A DNA stretch of 64,000 bases, from contig CM082588.2 in the NCBI GenBank assembly GCA_040954595.2, positions 5,654,202 through 5,718,201 on the forward strand, written 5' to 3'. Each line of letters begins with the position of its first letter. Position 1 is the first letter of the stretch. Below the pieces are notes generated by a model. The model ran no database searches. It was not told the origin of the DNA and was given only the letters and a program-made list of their open reading frames with translations. The position numbers were made by a program, and so were the translations under genes. This DNA is from Balanoglossus misakiensis. Taxonomy: Eukaryota; Animalia; Hemichordata. Shown here piece after piece: positions 30,001 through 49,336 of the stretch.

Positions 30001-33000
30001 ATCACCAACCTTTTCCGTGTACGTCTCCTCCCCTTTGTACTGGATAATCTCCGGCGCCATGAACCCTTCCGTGCCCCCGTACCCTTTGGTGCCGGTCGGC
30101 ATGGAACCCCTGCTGATGCCGTAGTCGGTCAGCTTCACTTCCACAGGAACGTTGGGATTCATCTCGTAGGGTGCCGGCATGGACCACACCAATACGTTCT
30201 CTGATTTCAGATCCCTGTGTATTATGCTCAGGCTGTGTAGGTACTCCACGGCTGATGCAAGCTGAAGGACAAATCCATAAAGTCACACACTTGTTTCATA
30301 TCTCAACATTTTTTTTCAAACAAAACAGTGAAGAATATAAGGAGTCCAATATCTTAACATGTAAAGATTGCACACACACAAAACTGAGTTTGATCCAAGT
30401 TTGAGTATTGCTCAGGAATATGTACAAATGAAAAAAGATTGCTGATTGAAACTACAGAAATTAATTTGGGAGACCGCTACCTGCACAACAATCTTCTGCA
30501 CAGTCAGCTCTGCCAACCGACAACCGTTTCTCCGATAGTTCCGCAGCACTCTGTCCAGGGACCCGCTCTCCGCCAGCTCCATCAGCAAGCTGAGCGGCCG
30601 GGTGCACAAGCCGAGCAGCCCCACGATGTGCGGGTGCTGCAGACTGCCCGTGATCACCAGCTCCTGACGGGCCGTGCGGTACGCCCGACACATGGCGTTC
30701 TTGGGGTTGTACTGCCAGTTGCGCATGGCGTTCTCGTACGCGATCTTGTACGACTGCTTGGCGTTGGGGCCCGGGTCGCAGGGATGGAGGGTCTTGATGG
30801 CCACACTGGTGGGTGGGGAGTTCTCGACCTGCACTTGACCTTGGAACACAAATCCAAACGCTCCTTTGCCAAGGAGTTTGTTCCGAGTGATGTTCTTTTC
30901 CGGGATGACCATGTGTTTTCCGAGATCCACAAACACCTGTTATAAATATAACATTCCCATAAAAAAAAGTTTAAAACATATTCAACTGTACCAGAGTTGC
31001 TGATGACAGGGTCTCTTTGAACAACTGTTTTTACATGGTTCAAATACCAGCTATAATTTTGGACATTACTGTCAGGATTTACACTGAGTTATTCAGTCAC
31101 ATTTACAAGTAATATGGAGCCTTGTGTTATGGAATCAAGGCAATAGCTGAACATCATGCAAAATTACACTAAAATTGTGTTACTTACAGCATCTGGGACG
31201 ATATTTTTCAGCTGTATGTCTCCATGGGCTGGGCACACCATGTGGTTGGCTTCTAAAGACCTGTGTACACAGTCTTCAAAGATGTAGCCATAGATGACGT
31301 TGCTCTCGCTCTCATCCGGCTCAGAACTTTTCCTCTCTCTCCTCTGAGAGAGGTCTTTCCGTCTGGCTCCGACGGACTGTTTTGGTGGAGGTGGTTGCGG
31401 CGCCATGCTGGGTGCCTGGCTGTTGGGGATGGTCACCGGTGAGCTGACTTGGGGAGGAGCATTAGCCTGGGGGAGTGCTGGCTTTTCCGGTTCCTCGTCG
31501 AGGCTCAGTTGGAAAATATGATCGGCGCCTTCGTCCACGATGGGTTGGTTTTGACTTCTGGTGACGTCAGTTTGGCTAACTTCTCTGGCAGATCCTTCTC
31601 TTCTCAGCTGGGTACCTGCAGTTCCTGCTGCAGCACTCTCGCCCTCGTCAAACGACTGCCCTTCTGCAGTAGCCGCTGGGTTGGGACCGAGCCCGCGCCT
31701 CCGCAGCTCCGCTTCTGCGAGCGGCGACGCCAGTCGCAGCGACACGAACGGCGTGTTGTCCTGGGCGCTGACCGAGACGACTTCCCACGCGCCGTCGCCC
31801 AGATCGTCGTCTTCGTCGCTGCTGCTGCCGCTGCGGCTGTAGCCGCTGTAGCACAGACCGCAGGGTGCCACGCGCACGATCAGCTGCTCACCACGCAGCG
31901 TCTGGCTGAACCTCTCCCCTATATTAGGATACCAGTCTTCTAACAGTGTGTCGATCTGCTCGACCACATATGACAGAAGCTGCGCCGCCATCACCTTGGA
32001 GGCCTGGAGTTTCAGAACCCGGGTCTTCAGCAACTCTTTGGGGCACACCAAACCCTCCGGGTCCCCTTCTTCCGGCTTCTGTACGATGGAGCCTTCCACA
32101 GTGGTCACAAGTATGTTCTGGTTGGGGATGCTGATCACAACCTTGGTCATCCTGGAGACATCTGGCATGGATCCGGACTGGCAGCAGATGTGGATGTCCT
32201 CGTTCTTGTCTTCCTTACTGGCCATCGGGTCTTTGATGATCTCCTTGATCTCCAGCAGCTTGGTGCCCCGGTGAACAAGCTTCATGCCCGTCTGCCAGCA
32301 GACCCAGTACGGCAGCGTGCTGACCAAGTCCACCAGACCCTCGACGTGGCGCAGGTACTTCGGGATCGGGTAGAGCAGCCGCGTGATCTCGTAGATGTGC
32401 GTGGACGCCAGCATCCGGGTGATCAGCCGCGACCAGTAGCCGCTGGGAATGTACGGCATAAGGTACAGCCGGTGCATTTCGCAGCGTAGGTTCCGGACGT
32501 ACGAGATATTCTGGACCTGCGGTACAAACTCCTGCACCGATTGCCTCGTCTGCTCCGGGCCATCCTTGGTGAATCCCGCTCCCATTGCGCTGCCATCCTC
32601 ACAACCCTTGGTCGGACTCGGAACGAAGAACTTTGACATGCCGATTTCGTACATGTTCGAATCTTGCACCATCTGGAAGGCGCTCAGTGCTTGGGGGCGA
32701 CCTGCTCTGTCACGTCGCAGTCTGGAGGCCGGGTAGGCCAGGTATCTCTTCAAAGCCTTAGACTGCCTAGGCGCATCTCTGATAGGAATCTACAGAAAAC
32801 AAAAGAATTGTACAAAAGATTAACTTTTGACAGTTTGACTGTTTTAAAAAATAGTGACAGCATATGGAGATTTTTGCCTGATGTATACAGTTTTCAAGCC
32901 ATCAACAATACAGCAAATATTCAAATTTTCAACACAGGTCACTTGCCATTGGTTCAGAACCAGGTGGCAACTGGTTCAACTCCATTTCTGTCGGCAGCAT

Positions 33001-36000
33001 GGAAGGGATGATCAACCGCTTGTTGTCCCAGGTGACAGCCACTTCGAATTTGTTCAACAGATTGAGAATGTACTCCTCAATGTTGATGGGCGCCATCTTG
33101 GTAGCTTTGAAGAGCTGCTGTAAGTCTGATGTTTTCATTACACCTGAAATAAAGAGAAATGGAGTTACTGTTTTGAAAGAAAACTTCCAAATAGCATTGC
33201 AGGCCTCATGGGGTTGGTCTGCTTATGATTACCCATACCACATTAAATACCAAGATGCCTAAAATATATTGATTTTGGAGAGTTTCTCTAAATTTGAGCT
33301 TACCATATTTGGCAAATGGGTTGATTTCTCTGATAGTGACAACATGCGCCAGCATATCACACAACCACTGTGGATCCACGAAGACATAGCCACAGAGTGT
33401 CACATCCTCATAGTGTAATAGGACACCTGAAAAAGATGTGTAGAAGGAACTTAACCCTTTTACCACTAGTTGTGTATCCAGAGCCTGACAATGGACACTT
33501 CTTCACTGACAAAATGTCATTGCTTTATATCCACACACTGTACGAGCACCAGTGGACTACATACCGTTTTCATGGAGAAACTTCGTTGCCTGTTTGAGTT
33601 CATCCAGATCGCGGAATGACAGGCCACACTTCTCCTCCATCACTCTCATCACTTCCAGCCTGAAACAGGAATTGGACAAGTGCAAGTTTTCAAATATTTG
33701 ACAAATATCACACTATAAGTCCAGTTCAAATTTTAACAAAATGTATGTCTACTTGGGAATAAAAAGGATATACTCTGAACACTGCTTTGGACTCAAAGTG
33801 TCAACATGCTCAGTCTGAGGACTCTATTAAAATTTTAAACAAACCACAGAACTATGCATTATTGTTTTAACAGAATGACAGTGGATCCTTTGGTTACAAA
33901 TCTTCAATTAACAAGCACAGTAGATACCTGTAATGGTTGATGTCCAGTACAGGGTCTTTACCACTGCCGTATCTCTCAGCTACTATTGTGGTGATGGCTT
34001 CCTCCAGTGCCAGGTACGTCGCAGGAATCATTTGATGCAGAAGTCTGCCATTGCTAGGGCCTGAGGGATTACATAGGTAATTTTAGTAAAGGGGTTAATT
34101 AAGGTTACCAGTAGTAACAACTGGCCCAATGAACTTGAAATAAATTAATCTTAACTATCCTACGATCGAGCCACTGGGATAAACGCAGGCTCCATGATTT
34201 CGCCTGCCTTGTTCTATAAACTTGACTACTTTATGAAGCACCTCCTAGTCTTATTCATTTCCACAACTCTGAAACTTCAAAGCATGATTTTGAATTTCTT
34301 ACCAGGCTGTCTGAGAGAGAACGCCGTCTCGTAAATCATTTCGCGCAACCTTGGAATGTTGTGACCCCTGGTACAGCTGACCTCTATGCTGTCCAGCACC
34401 CAGGGCAAGCCGTGCACTTCTGGTTCCTCGATGCTGATGAATTTCTTGTAGATCATTTTCTGCAGCTCTGGCCAGAAGTCTCTTGGGTAGCTCTTCTTGC
34501 GTGCCACCTCGTCGTAGTGGGTGCCGACTATGATCACAGGGGAGTCAGGTGCCCTCACCTGTTTGTGAGACAGTTTCAGAGCCCAACATTGAGTCACTCA
34601 TAGTTTAAACCTTTCACCCACATTTCTTTGTACAGAGGTCCGTCTTTACCATAGATATCAATGATGTTGAAAATATTTTGAACATTGACCTTTATATATA
34701 TGTGCATTGATATAGACATATTTACCTGTATATTGACCAGCCACTGTTGAAGTTCATTGACCCCTTTCTCACCATCTGTAATCTTCCAGAGAAGCAGATA
34801 CAGTGATCTCTTGGAAAGGAAGTACTGATGGGTTGCATAGTACTCTTTCTGTGGAATGGAAAACACATCAAAAAGTATGTTAAAGCTCAATATATGTGTA
34901 TAATATTGGTCAGCATCACTCTTGTGCAAAATTTGAATTGAATATTTAGAATAATCTAACTTTGAGACCAATTACATGTACTAATTTGCATACCTGTCCA
35001 CCAAAGTCCCAGGTGCTGAACGTCACTTGTCCGTATTTACTCTTGGTGGAGTGTTTCGGAAACGTCCAATCACAGACATCCACACCGACGGTCGATATAT
35101 ACGTACCGCCCCGTGTCTTCTGGTCTATGTTTCTATTGCCCTGACGTCTTGCCCAACCCTGAACAGGGGAAACAAATTTGGGACAAACAGTCACCTCATG
35201 GCCGAGAATAACATGATAGACTGGATGCAATGACTTGATTTGTGAGACTGTACATTCTACTCTTTGGATCAATTAGATCATTACAAACACCATTCATGAC
35301 TATTTTAATGTTTTCATAAATGATGAAAATTTAATACAGCTGATTTGTCTTACTTCAGCAGCTCTGGTCATATAGGATCCTGTCCCCTCCCTTCTCAGCT
35401 GGTTCAGCAATGTGGTTTTACCGATGCCTTGGACCCCGACAAACATCAGCTTCATGCGTGAGTATTTCTTGGACCTTGGGGAAAGAAAGGTTAGTCCGAA
35501 TGAGTGGGTCGTCCAAAATACAAAGTTTCAATAACAATTTCAAAATAATATATACAAGTTGAATAATTTATTTGGAAAAGTGTGAGAATGGCCTTAGCAG
35601 AAACTCACTTGTCTAGAACTGATCTCAAGTATCCCAACAAATCCCTCGTCTGTCTCGTCCTGACCAGAGTCTTGAAAGGCTCCTCCAAGTTGCAACCCTC
35701 CAGCCTCAGATCGTAGATCCTGCCGCACCGCCCTATCTCTGGTGGGATGGTGGAAATGTCCTGGTTTCCGTCCACCTGGATGGCGGTCAGCTGCGTCATC
35801 AGCTCCACTTTGGGCGGGATTTCCGTCAGTCTGTTGTTGCTGGCCTTCAGCTGGGACAATTCTGGGAACAGCGGTTGTATGCTCGTGTGGGAGAGGGTGG
35901 ACCTCCGTTTGACCTGAACACAGCAAAGGCAGTGAGGACAGTTCAGCACAACAAGAGACATTTTAATACATTGATGAATGGGTATGACTTGCAACAGACA

Positions 36001-39000
36001 CAAATATTAATAAGCATGAATATATGTTGGATACACTGAACTCACACTAGATGCAGGTCTTCTCAACACTTCTGGATCGTCGTCTTCGTCATCGTCTGGT
36101 GTCAACATCAAATCCAGCTTGCGGAGTCGGTTGCTATTCAAGTCCAGTGTCTTCAAGGCAGCTAGGATCTTGTGCCTCCTGTGTTTGCAACACTGCATGT
36201 TGTACAGACTCGACAGAGTCGAACTTGACCCGTGCTGGGAGGAGACGCGACCCGAGCTGCTGTTGCTGCTTGCACTTGACCTCTTCGACGCGACCGCCGC
36301 CGCGAAACACAGCGACATGGTGGAGGCCACGCTAGCCGCGTACGTCTGCTCGTCGCCGACCGAGAACGTGACGCTGTCCCGTAGTCTCGACTTGACCATG
36401 TACAGGAGCTTGTTGTTGGACAGGATGACGTGCTTGAGACTGGCGGGAAACTGGTTCAGGGGTCCGATCTCGCGCATTCTGTTGTGCGACATCATCAGCT
36501 TTGTCAGTTTGGGAGCCAGGCACGGCAGGCCGACCGGTACTCTTTTCAACGCGTTGTGCGACAGATCCAGAAGTTCCAACGATGACTGTGCGTTTCCGTC
36601 CTCCTCGTTATCGCTATCTGGACTCTCAATACTGAGCCCACTATTCCTCCATACGCTGTACCTCTTCAGACCGAGACGCAAGACTGATCTCTTTTCACTA
36701 GCGAGCAGTCCCTCGTTCATTAACGCTTCAGCACTGCTCTGCCGTGATCCTCCAACAGGCACGTTTGCATTCACGGTATTCAAATTTTGCATGGATACTT
36801 CGACGTCATCGATGCCAATACCGCCATTTCGACTGCCCACTTCGCGGAATACATCCTCGTCGTCGTCTCCTTGCTCGGGGCAGTACGGCAGCTCTTCAAG
36901 CTCGTTGTGCGACAAGTACAGTCTGCTCAATTTCGGCCCCGTCCACATTGCATACGGCACAGATTTCAAGTTATTGTGCGACACCATCAGAATCTCAAGT
37001 CCGGGCAACCGGAATAACTGTTGCGGTAGGTGCTCCAACTGGTTGTGGCTCAGGTCTATCTTTTCCAGGACCGGGCAGTGCCAGCCGTAAGTATACGTAT
37101 CCTCGACCAGGGCGCTGGACAGAACTTCATAATCGGCCTTTGGCAGTTTGTCGATTTTGTTCTTGGCAGCGTTGAGTTGCCTGAGGGAGTGTAACTGGAA
37201 TATAACCAGAGGAAGTTCTGTGATCGAGTTGTTGGCAATGTCGATCCTGGTTATTGCTTGCAGAGCGTGGAAAGCGTTTTCCAACGAGATATTGCTACGG
37301 AGCCAGTGGTTGACGTGCAGGCACGCTTCCACCAGCCACTCCTCCTTAATGTAAGGAAGTTGTTCCTTGTCGTGCCAGTTTATTGCGACAGACGTGCTCG
37401 GCATGGGGTTCTTGGACGACGTGTTCCCCATGCGGTCTTTCTTCTTCCGGGGCAGGGAATAGAACATCGCCTCGCTGATCACAGTACTGCTGGAGTCCAC
37501 GGACATTGTGTCGTAAAACCCTTGAGCTGATCTGTTGGTCAGAGTGGACGGACCCTCCATGTAGAGTGTGTTCACACTTTCGGCGAGGGTTCCGATGCTT
37601 GCCAGGCTGGTCATACTCGCATTCAGGCTGGCCTCGTATCCCAAGCTTTTTGGAGCTCGGTTGACGTTGTACTCACCGTCCATGTGCACGCCCGTGTAGA
37701 TCAAGAGCATGGCGATCACTTCGTCGTTTCGAGCGTCCAGGGCCGAGCGAAGGGCCTTGTTGTCCACATCTCGGGCACCATGCTTCAGCAGAAGCGCGAT
37801 CATTTCCGTGTTATTCACAGTGCAGGCCTCAATCAGGGCGTTGGAGTCCATCTCTCTCGCTTGCATTTTCCGCGAACCCCGCTTGTGGTTGTCGATGTTC
37901 GCCGCATACTTCGCGTTCTCGTTTCTGATTGGCGCATTGACGTTGGCACCATACCTAATCAGCAGCCTGACGATCTCAATGTTATTGTTCAGGACCGCAG
38001 CGTGCAGAGCTGTCTGGCCAATCACAGAGTACGTCTCCAGATCGATCATGGGCTTCTCCCTATGGAGAGATAGTAGGCTCCCACCGATTGGCTGGTTGGC
38101 AGCACCATATTCCAACAGCAGGTGAACAACATCAGTGTGTCCAGACATGCTGGCCAGATAGATGGGAGTCTGGTTGCTGGCATCAACATTGTTCACATCG
38201 AATGACAAGTCGTCTTTGCGGGTCGATATAATGGAACCAGATCTGGCGAGTCGTGCCCTTGCAGGGGACATGTTCAGATGATCAATCTGCGAAACAAAAC
38301 AAAACAAAACAAAAGTAAATGAATATTCATCAATGCGGTAATCCATACGCATTTTTACCCAATATGCGAACAATAGAATGTCAGTCTGGGCAAACAGTAT
38401 GTAAAAATGAACAAGACAATATCAAAGGTTGGTTTAGGAATAGCATGTGAATGTGGACCATCCGGCATACAATCAAACTTCAAGTCAAAAAAATTTACAA
38501 ATAAACAAACTTTACAAATAAACAAATTTTACAAATAAACAAATTTTACATATAAACAAACTGTACAAATGCAAGCTGAGGAGTAGCATTTCACCTTAGC
38601 TGATGAACTCTCTGCATTTTCCTCTTCGTCAGCCACAAGCAGCTGTCTAACAATGTCTACTTTCCCCTCAGCACATGCAATGTGAACGGGCAACAACTCA
38701 TCCGGTGCGCTGGGCACTCCGGCAAGGCTCGGAAAATGCTGTTGTTAGGAATGGAAAACAGAAACCACAAGGTGAGTGAAATGGGCACACACACACACAC
38801 ACCCCCCATTTCTAATTGCAATGGAGTCATCCGGTATCAGCAAACAATGGGTTGATACCATGATCTGTGGTAATGTGGGGGTGTAATGGCTTAAAATCCC
38901 AACACACACAAAAGCTTCTTTGACATCCAGTGTTGTGCACATGGGGTCAGTACAGCAACACATAACACAATCAACAACAAACCTGTCTTGTCATGGTCAC

Positions 39001-42000
39001 ATTTATGTAATATAATTTACACACACAAGTCTATGGAATTTTACACATGATATGGCAAAGTGCTGAAGATTGATGAAATATATGAGACAAAATGCAATTC
39101 AACAAACACAGTGACACATGCAACTCTTGACCAGAATCATTTCTCATGCTCATGGAAATAATTTTCTTCACAGATGCATAAATTCATCTTACAAATTATT
39201 ACTAAAGTGTTCACATTTTTTTCCCATGTTCATGCCTGATGAACAAAACGAATGCTCAAGCCACTGTACATTTTTGACTACCAGTTTTGACTTGCCCTCC
39301 CCCTCCAGAGGGAATGAACATACCTCCAGCAGCAACTTGACTATGTGGACGTGTCCCTTGTTACATGCAACATGTAGGGGTGTCAGCCTTGAGGGAGTCT
39401 TGTTTGGTTTGCCCTCGGCACCTTTCTCTATCAAGAGATGCACTACGGGGAGATGACCTGCCTCGCTGGCTCTGCAAAGGGACAGAGGAAAAAGATATGG
39501 AACTCAGTCAAAAGCAGGTTACATTGTAACCTTCTAGAATTAAGTTCATTCACTTATCACATTTTATAAAAGAGTAACAGCCATACTGGATTGAGACATA
39601 ATAAACCACAGTAGAATGGACCCTTGCCTAGTTGTACATCTCTATGGAGCAGATTTCAGTCAAAGGTTAGAGGCCCAGACTGAAACGAACAACTCACTTG
39701 TAGAGTAATGTAGTACCGCCAGTGTAGTATGCATTGACGGCCGATGGACCCAGCTGATCCAAGATGACGTCCACTTTCACGACGTCTCCACCCACACAAG
39801 CCTTGCACAGATCAGAACCAAGCTCTCCACGTAACTGCTCCCTTTTCTCTGTTAAAATAAACAAATGTTGCAAAACAGAGCTGAAATATAATGGCTTGTC
39901 ATCAGTTTAGCTTATGAGGTTTCAGGATGTCTCCTAATTATTCTGAAGTGACATTTCTTTATTGGTTTATTCACATCAAAGTTAATATTTCCAAAGGACG
40001 AAATTGTGGATATCTACAAAACTCAGATACCTGCTTCAGTTCTCAGAAAGTCGACCACGTCCATTCTTCTGTTGGTTATGGCCAAATCGTACGGAGTACG
40101 GCCAGCGCCGTCCTTCAGGTATATATCCGCGTTGTTGGCAGTCAGGAGTTTCACCATTTCCACTTTGTTGTCCCAAGCCGCTCTGTGTAACGGGCACTAG
40201 ACAGACAGAGAGAGAGTGAACAGAAATAATTCAAAGTACATGTCCACCACCAACCCTCCGTTGCCTAACATTATAAAACATTATTTCTTATAAAAATTTA
40301 CTAGTAAATTATGGTCAAGGTAGAGGTTCTGTTTGTATCAGATGGCAACATCTGATATGTGAAACCATGATGTCTCAAACCAGACATACAAATACTAGAC
40401 AGATTCATGAAATATTCTGTGACAACACATTTCATACTAGATGTTTCTCAACAAGGAATTGAGTGACAAGGAAAACTGACACACACAGTGGGAGCATGAG
40501 ATTACTGAAACACCTCTCATTGTTACTCGTACATAAATGCAGGTCTATTTTCTAAAGATTACATTTGACATTTCAGACACAGCCCATGGGTGTAAGGTTT
40601 CACAGAAAACGATAAGCTAATCACTTGGGAAGGTTGCAGTGAAAAGCACCTTGATTAAACACTAATGACTGAGACTAATTCCAAAGGTCATGCTTTGTCA
40701 TCGCTTTTATCTGTAAGCGCTTCGAGTTTCACAATGACAGGTGAGAAAAGCTATGTCATCAAAAGTAAGATGTAAACGTGAATAAATGGATATTTTATTA
40801 CCAGAAATGACACTGAAAATGATAAATATACGTATCCATTTCTCTGGAAGAAACAAAACAATACGGATAGCATTCCACCTTTTGAAACCAGTCTCTAAAC
40901 TGTCAATATATTGTAACTGGGAATATTTTTTCAATGACACACAGGAAACCCAACACGTAGGAAGAATGCTTGGCTCTATTCGTTCGCCCACTCTCCAGCC
41001 CATTCCTCACCAACTGATTGTTCTCACACAGATCAATGGACTGTTTGTCCTGTGTACGAAACTCGACCAGACACGTGACCTTAGCAGCTGTGACCCACGA
41101 CCTCTTTCTGTTTTGTTTCCTCAGGCTAACTTCCTGTTTCACTCTGATTTCATTCATACAGAGACAGAGACAGGGACTTTTCATTAGATAGAGCGACATT
41201 CAATAGGCTGCTAAGGCTAGGATTTGAGATGAATTAATTTGGCAGAAAATCTGTTCACTCAAGGAAAGAACTGTGACCCATAATCCTCTTTCATGGAACA
41301 GTACATTTGTATGTACAACAGTATTAAAAATACAATTTTCATTGGAATGTACAGATAAGACAAGAATGAAATGTCCACGCAAATTCCTCAGACAGTACAC
41401 AACATCCCATTCAAATAACAAATTTTAAACGGATTGAAAAACATTAAAGACATGTACGCATATTTGCAGTATAACATACATATACGTGTAACTAAGGGGT
41501 CTTGTGATCAGGTTATTTTATAGGTGCAATTGCATGTTAGTTTCACAACCACCTATATCAGTTTATCACGCAAAATATCCAAAGTTAATCCTCTTCCCCA
41601 TAGCAAACTACGCATTATCATTTCAATGTTTGACCTATTTTTGTTATTTTCTTTAGAGTGATATCATCAAAATGCAATAAATATATAGCCTACATGTTTT
41701 GAGCTATCTTCAGTCAAGATTTATTTTGGGGAACAGCTGGGAATGTTACATGTACTACATGCCGACATTTCAAGCCACCTTTTCAACTGAAAAATGCATA
41801 GGGTAGCTGTTGTGACCATATGGATGAATGAATTCCTCAAACCAAGACATGACGGCGATCAATTTAGAGACAGCTGACTGCATGGGCGTTTTATTACAGT
41901 CAACTCCAGCATGCTACTTGCAACAATGCATTGCACATTCCAAACACTGTGTTGTCTAATTCATTAGGATCAGCCTGGATGTTTGACAAGCAAGAGCTCA

Positions 42001-43519
42001 AAACACAGAATGATGCGGTTATTAATCCAAAGAGGTTTGCAACAACACACTTACTGTCATTTTAGGGATGCCGTCATACTCTCGGGTGGATGCAATGTTA
42101 GCGTTGGCCCCGGACTCCAGCAGGGTCTTAACGCACTCGGCCGAGTACTGCCCGCAGGCCACATGCAGTGCGGTTCTACCGAACGAGTCGGTGCTATCTA
42201 TGTACTTCTTTTGCTCGCCATGCAGCAGGTCCTGCAAGAACTCCACGTTGCCGTAGAACGCGGCCAGGTGCAGCAGCTGGCCCGGGAAGGCCTCCGTGTC
42301 GGAGATGCCCAGCTCGAGCTCGGACACCACGTTCATGGGGGACATTGACTGGGCCGCATAGGCCGGGATCTCCAGCTCGTCTGGGTTATTGTTGTCCATG
42401 GTGGTGCCAGTCAGCTCAGCGAGGCGCCTGTCACGGGACATTGACTCACCGTCTAGGACCACAAACTCTTCATCCCCGATTCTGAAAGTAAACCAGAGAA
42501 ACCCTGTCATGCAAGTGGCTTGAAACTTGTAATCCTGCAACTCAGACTGGGCTTGTGATTTTGTTTGTGCTACAACTAGCCAAAATGAATAATCGGTCTC
42601 TACCATTTATTCATTGTCGCGATCGAGACTTTTACTCTTATATCCTACAAACGGGATGGAAGTTGTGTGTGGTCGAACATTGATTCACTATATATCCACA
42701 TGTAGAATAAAATAAATGGTGTCTTGTATCAAACATAATTAATGGAAAAAGGGCAGAGAGAGAGGACTTTGTCCCTTTAAACATTAGATCACCTGGTATC
42801 TTGTACTACTGTAGCAGTAGCAGTGCCAGTGCTAGCAGTAGACGGCTATCGTACTACGTACTAGCATTAAGTACAGTACTTTTGGTCGAGGTTTTGCCCG
42901 AGCCCTGGTATTGCGTGTTGCATCGACACGTTGATCACACATCATGACATGTAGGATGCATTCCCACACTGATTCCGCTCTGCCTTTGAAATTGACAGAA
43001 TATTTGTATATCAACAGATTATGAGCACTGTACTGAAGGGTGCATCACGACATGGGTAAATTTCAACGGTAGTCTAGCATTTTTATCGAAGGAGAGGATG
43101 TGAAATTCCAGTTTCGATACGCGGGGTACACTTCAGTTTCCAAATAAATGTCATTGACCTGTCATTCAATGGGTGAAATGTACAACGAAGTCAGGCTGGG
43201 CTACCGATCGCGTTACCCAAGTATCCTGGCTGACTTTAAACAAATCATACACAGTGCAAAATTGCAGCGATGCCCACTGCTTAATTTGGTCCAGTTGAAA
43301 ACGAGCTACATGTAAAAATAACCACAGAAAGTTCAAACCTGTAATTTGAGTCTCGATTATCAGGACTGCATCACGAAACATCCGCCATCTTTGTTGTGAA
43401 ACCCTCCAGCCATCCAAATTTAGCAAAGTACTCCCTAGGCACATTAAATAAAAGTAACTTTACAACTGTGATACCTTCGTGATTGATACTTACTTTGTAA
43501 TTGCCTCTGGTGGAGACAT
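27033..43519 (-). CDS. LRRK1: Leucine-rich repeat ROCO kinase, LRRK1/invertebrate Lrrk type (ANK-LRR-ROC-COR-kinase-WD40)
   Basis: A probable first exon 43519-43494 (MSPPEAITK) splices in phase to 42481-42055. Domains in order: ankyrin repeats (GRTALHVAC, TPLHVAC, TALHAAV); LRRs in a ~2.2 kb exon 38286-36046; ROC P-loop GVQGIGKTTLL, WDFGGQ and VGTHYD; COR (PSGYWSRLITR); kinase with LGKGAFG, HRDLKSEN and the LRRK-diagnostic DYG motif; WD40-like tail ending LAWNADYWM* at 27033. No armadillo region, which is consistent with LRRK1 type rather than LRRK2. Confidence 0.9.
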
Positions 43520-43602
43520 TACAGCTGATTTTGTCAGTCGCTCGCTAGGCTCGAAGTTTGATGTCAAGAATTGATAGCTTGTATCCATAGTTATCTTTGG
43601 CC

Positions 43603-43885
43603 GGTTTCACTTTCGAAACACAAACAGGACTACCGTGGTTATGCGATCACTGGTCACTCAACTTGTACTGAAGGTATCCGCGTGGTGACAGAATAATTTC
43701 TGTCGCGACGCCGTCCACACTGTCCAAAAACTCATGTGCTTTCCAAACACCGGTAACTCTGATCTGAGAGAGAGAAAGTTTTGCCTGTCTTTCAGGTAAA
43801 ACCACTTGAAACAGATTACCCGGGGGATTCCCCGTACCCTGGCTATCATGTGACTCTGACGTCATTGAAATTAAGGGGAATCCCC
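43603..43885. promoter_or_regulatory. Cluster of IRF/ISRE, two NF-kB and CRE motifs upstream of the LRRK start
   Basis: GGTTTCACTTTC at 43603-43614 (reverse complement GAAAGTGAAACC), GGGGATTCCCC at 43823-43833, TGACGTCA at 43857-43864 and GGGGAATCCCC at 43875-43885. Confidence 0.55.
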
Positions 43886-44527
43886 AAGCTGACCATCAGG
43901 TATTTCTGATTTTCTGCGGCCGTGATATGCATGACCGCTCCTGGAGTTACACAAGCTCCTTGACTATTGGATTTGGAGGGGTTCAATGAAATAAACAAAA
44001 AGGGTCATCATCATTATTAGTATTTTACTGGCCACAGACGCAGGATTCACACTGACTGATTCAAATGGTTCTGCTAAGCTCAACGGCCAGCAAAGAACGA
44101 TAAAAAACACAGTATTCTAGGAATGTGAGAAAGAAGACAATACTTTATTTCCAGGTGTTCTGAGATACAAGTTCAAATCAGGTACACTCATACATTGAAG
44201 TACAAGTATAGAAATCAGTAATCATGTGTACAGGCAGTGAAAACTTCATTTTTAAAATGTGAATGTACGACTACAGTAGCATTGAATTAAGCCAACTCTG
44301 CAATACCTTTGCAGCTGAACACAAATATCCACTTTATTGCATCCAGCACTTGATTTACAACATTGACTAATCACAATATTTCACGAGAGGAAAATTTCAC
44401 AACATGAAACAGACAAGGAAATACACGAGCAAAAGACAGCACAGTATTGTTCAATGTTCAGATTTTTTTTGTCCATACTACAAAGTCATAATTATCATTT
44501 CCCATTTTCTTTCCACACACATCAGTA

Positions 44528-49336
<4,809 letters not shown>

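Noticed and set aside
36119-37090. 323-aa plus-strand ORF and other long antisense ORFs over LRRK, HSPA5 and the GT gene
   Set aside because: These are antisense shadows of GC3-rich coding exons with no recognisable domain.
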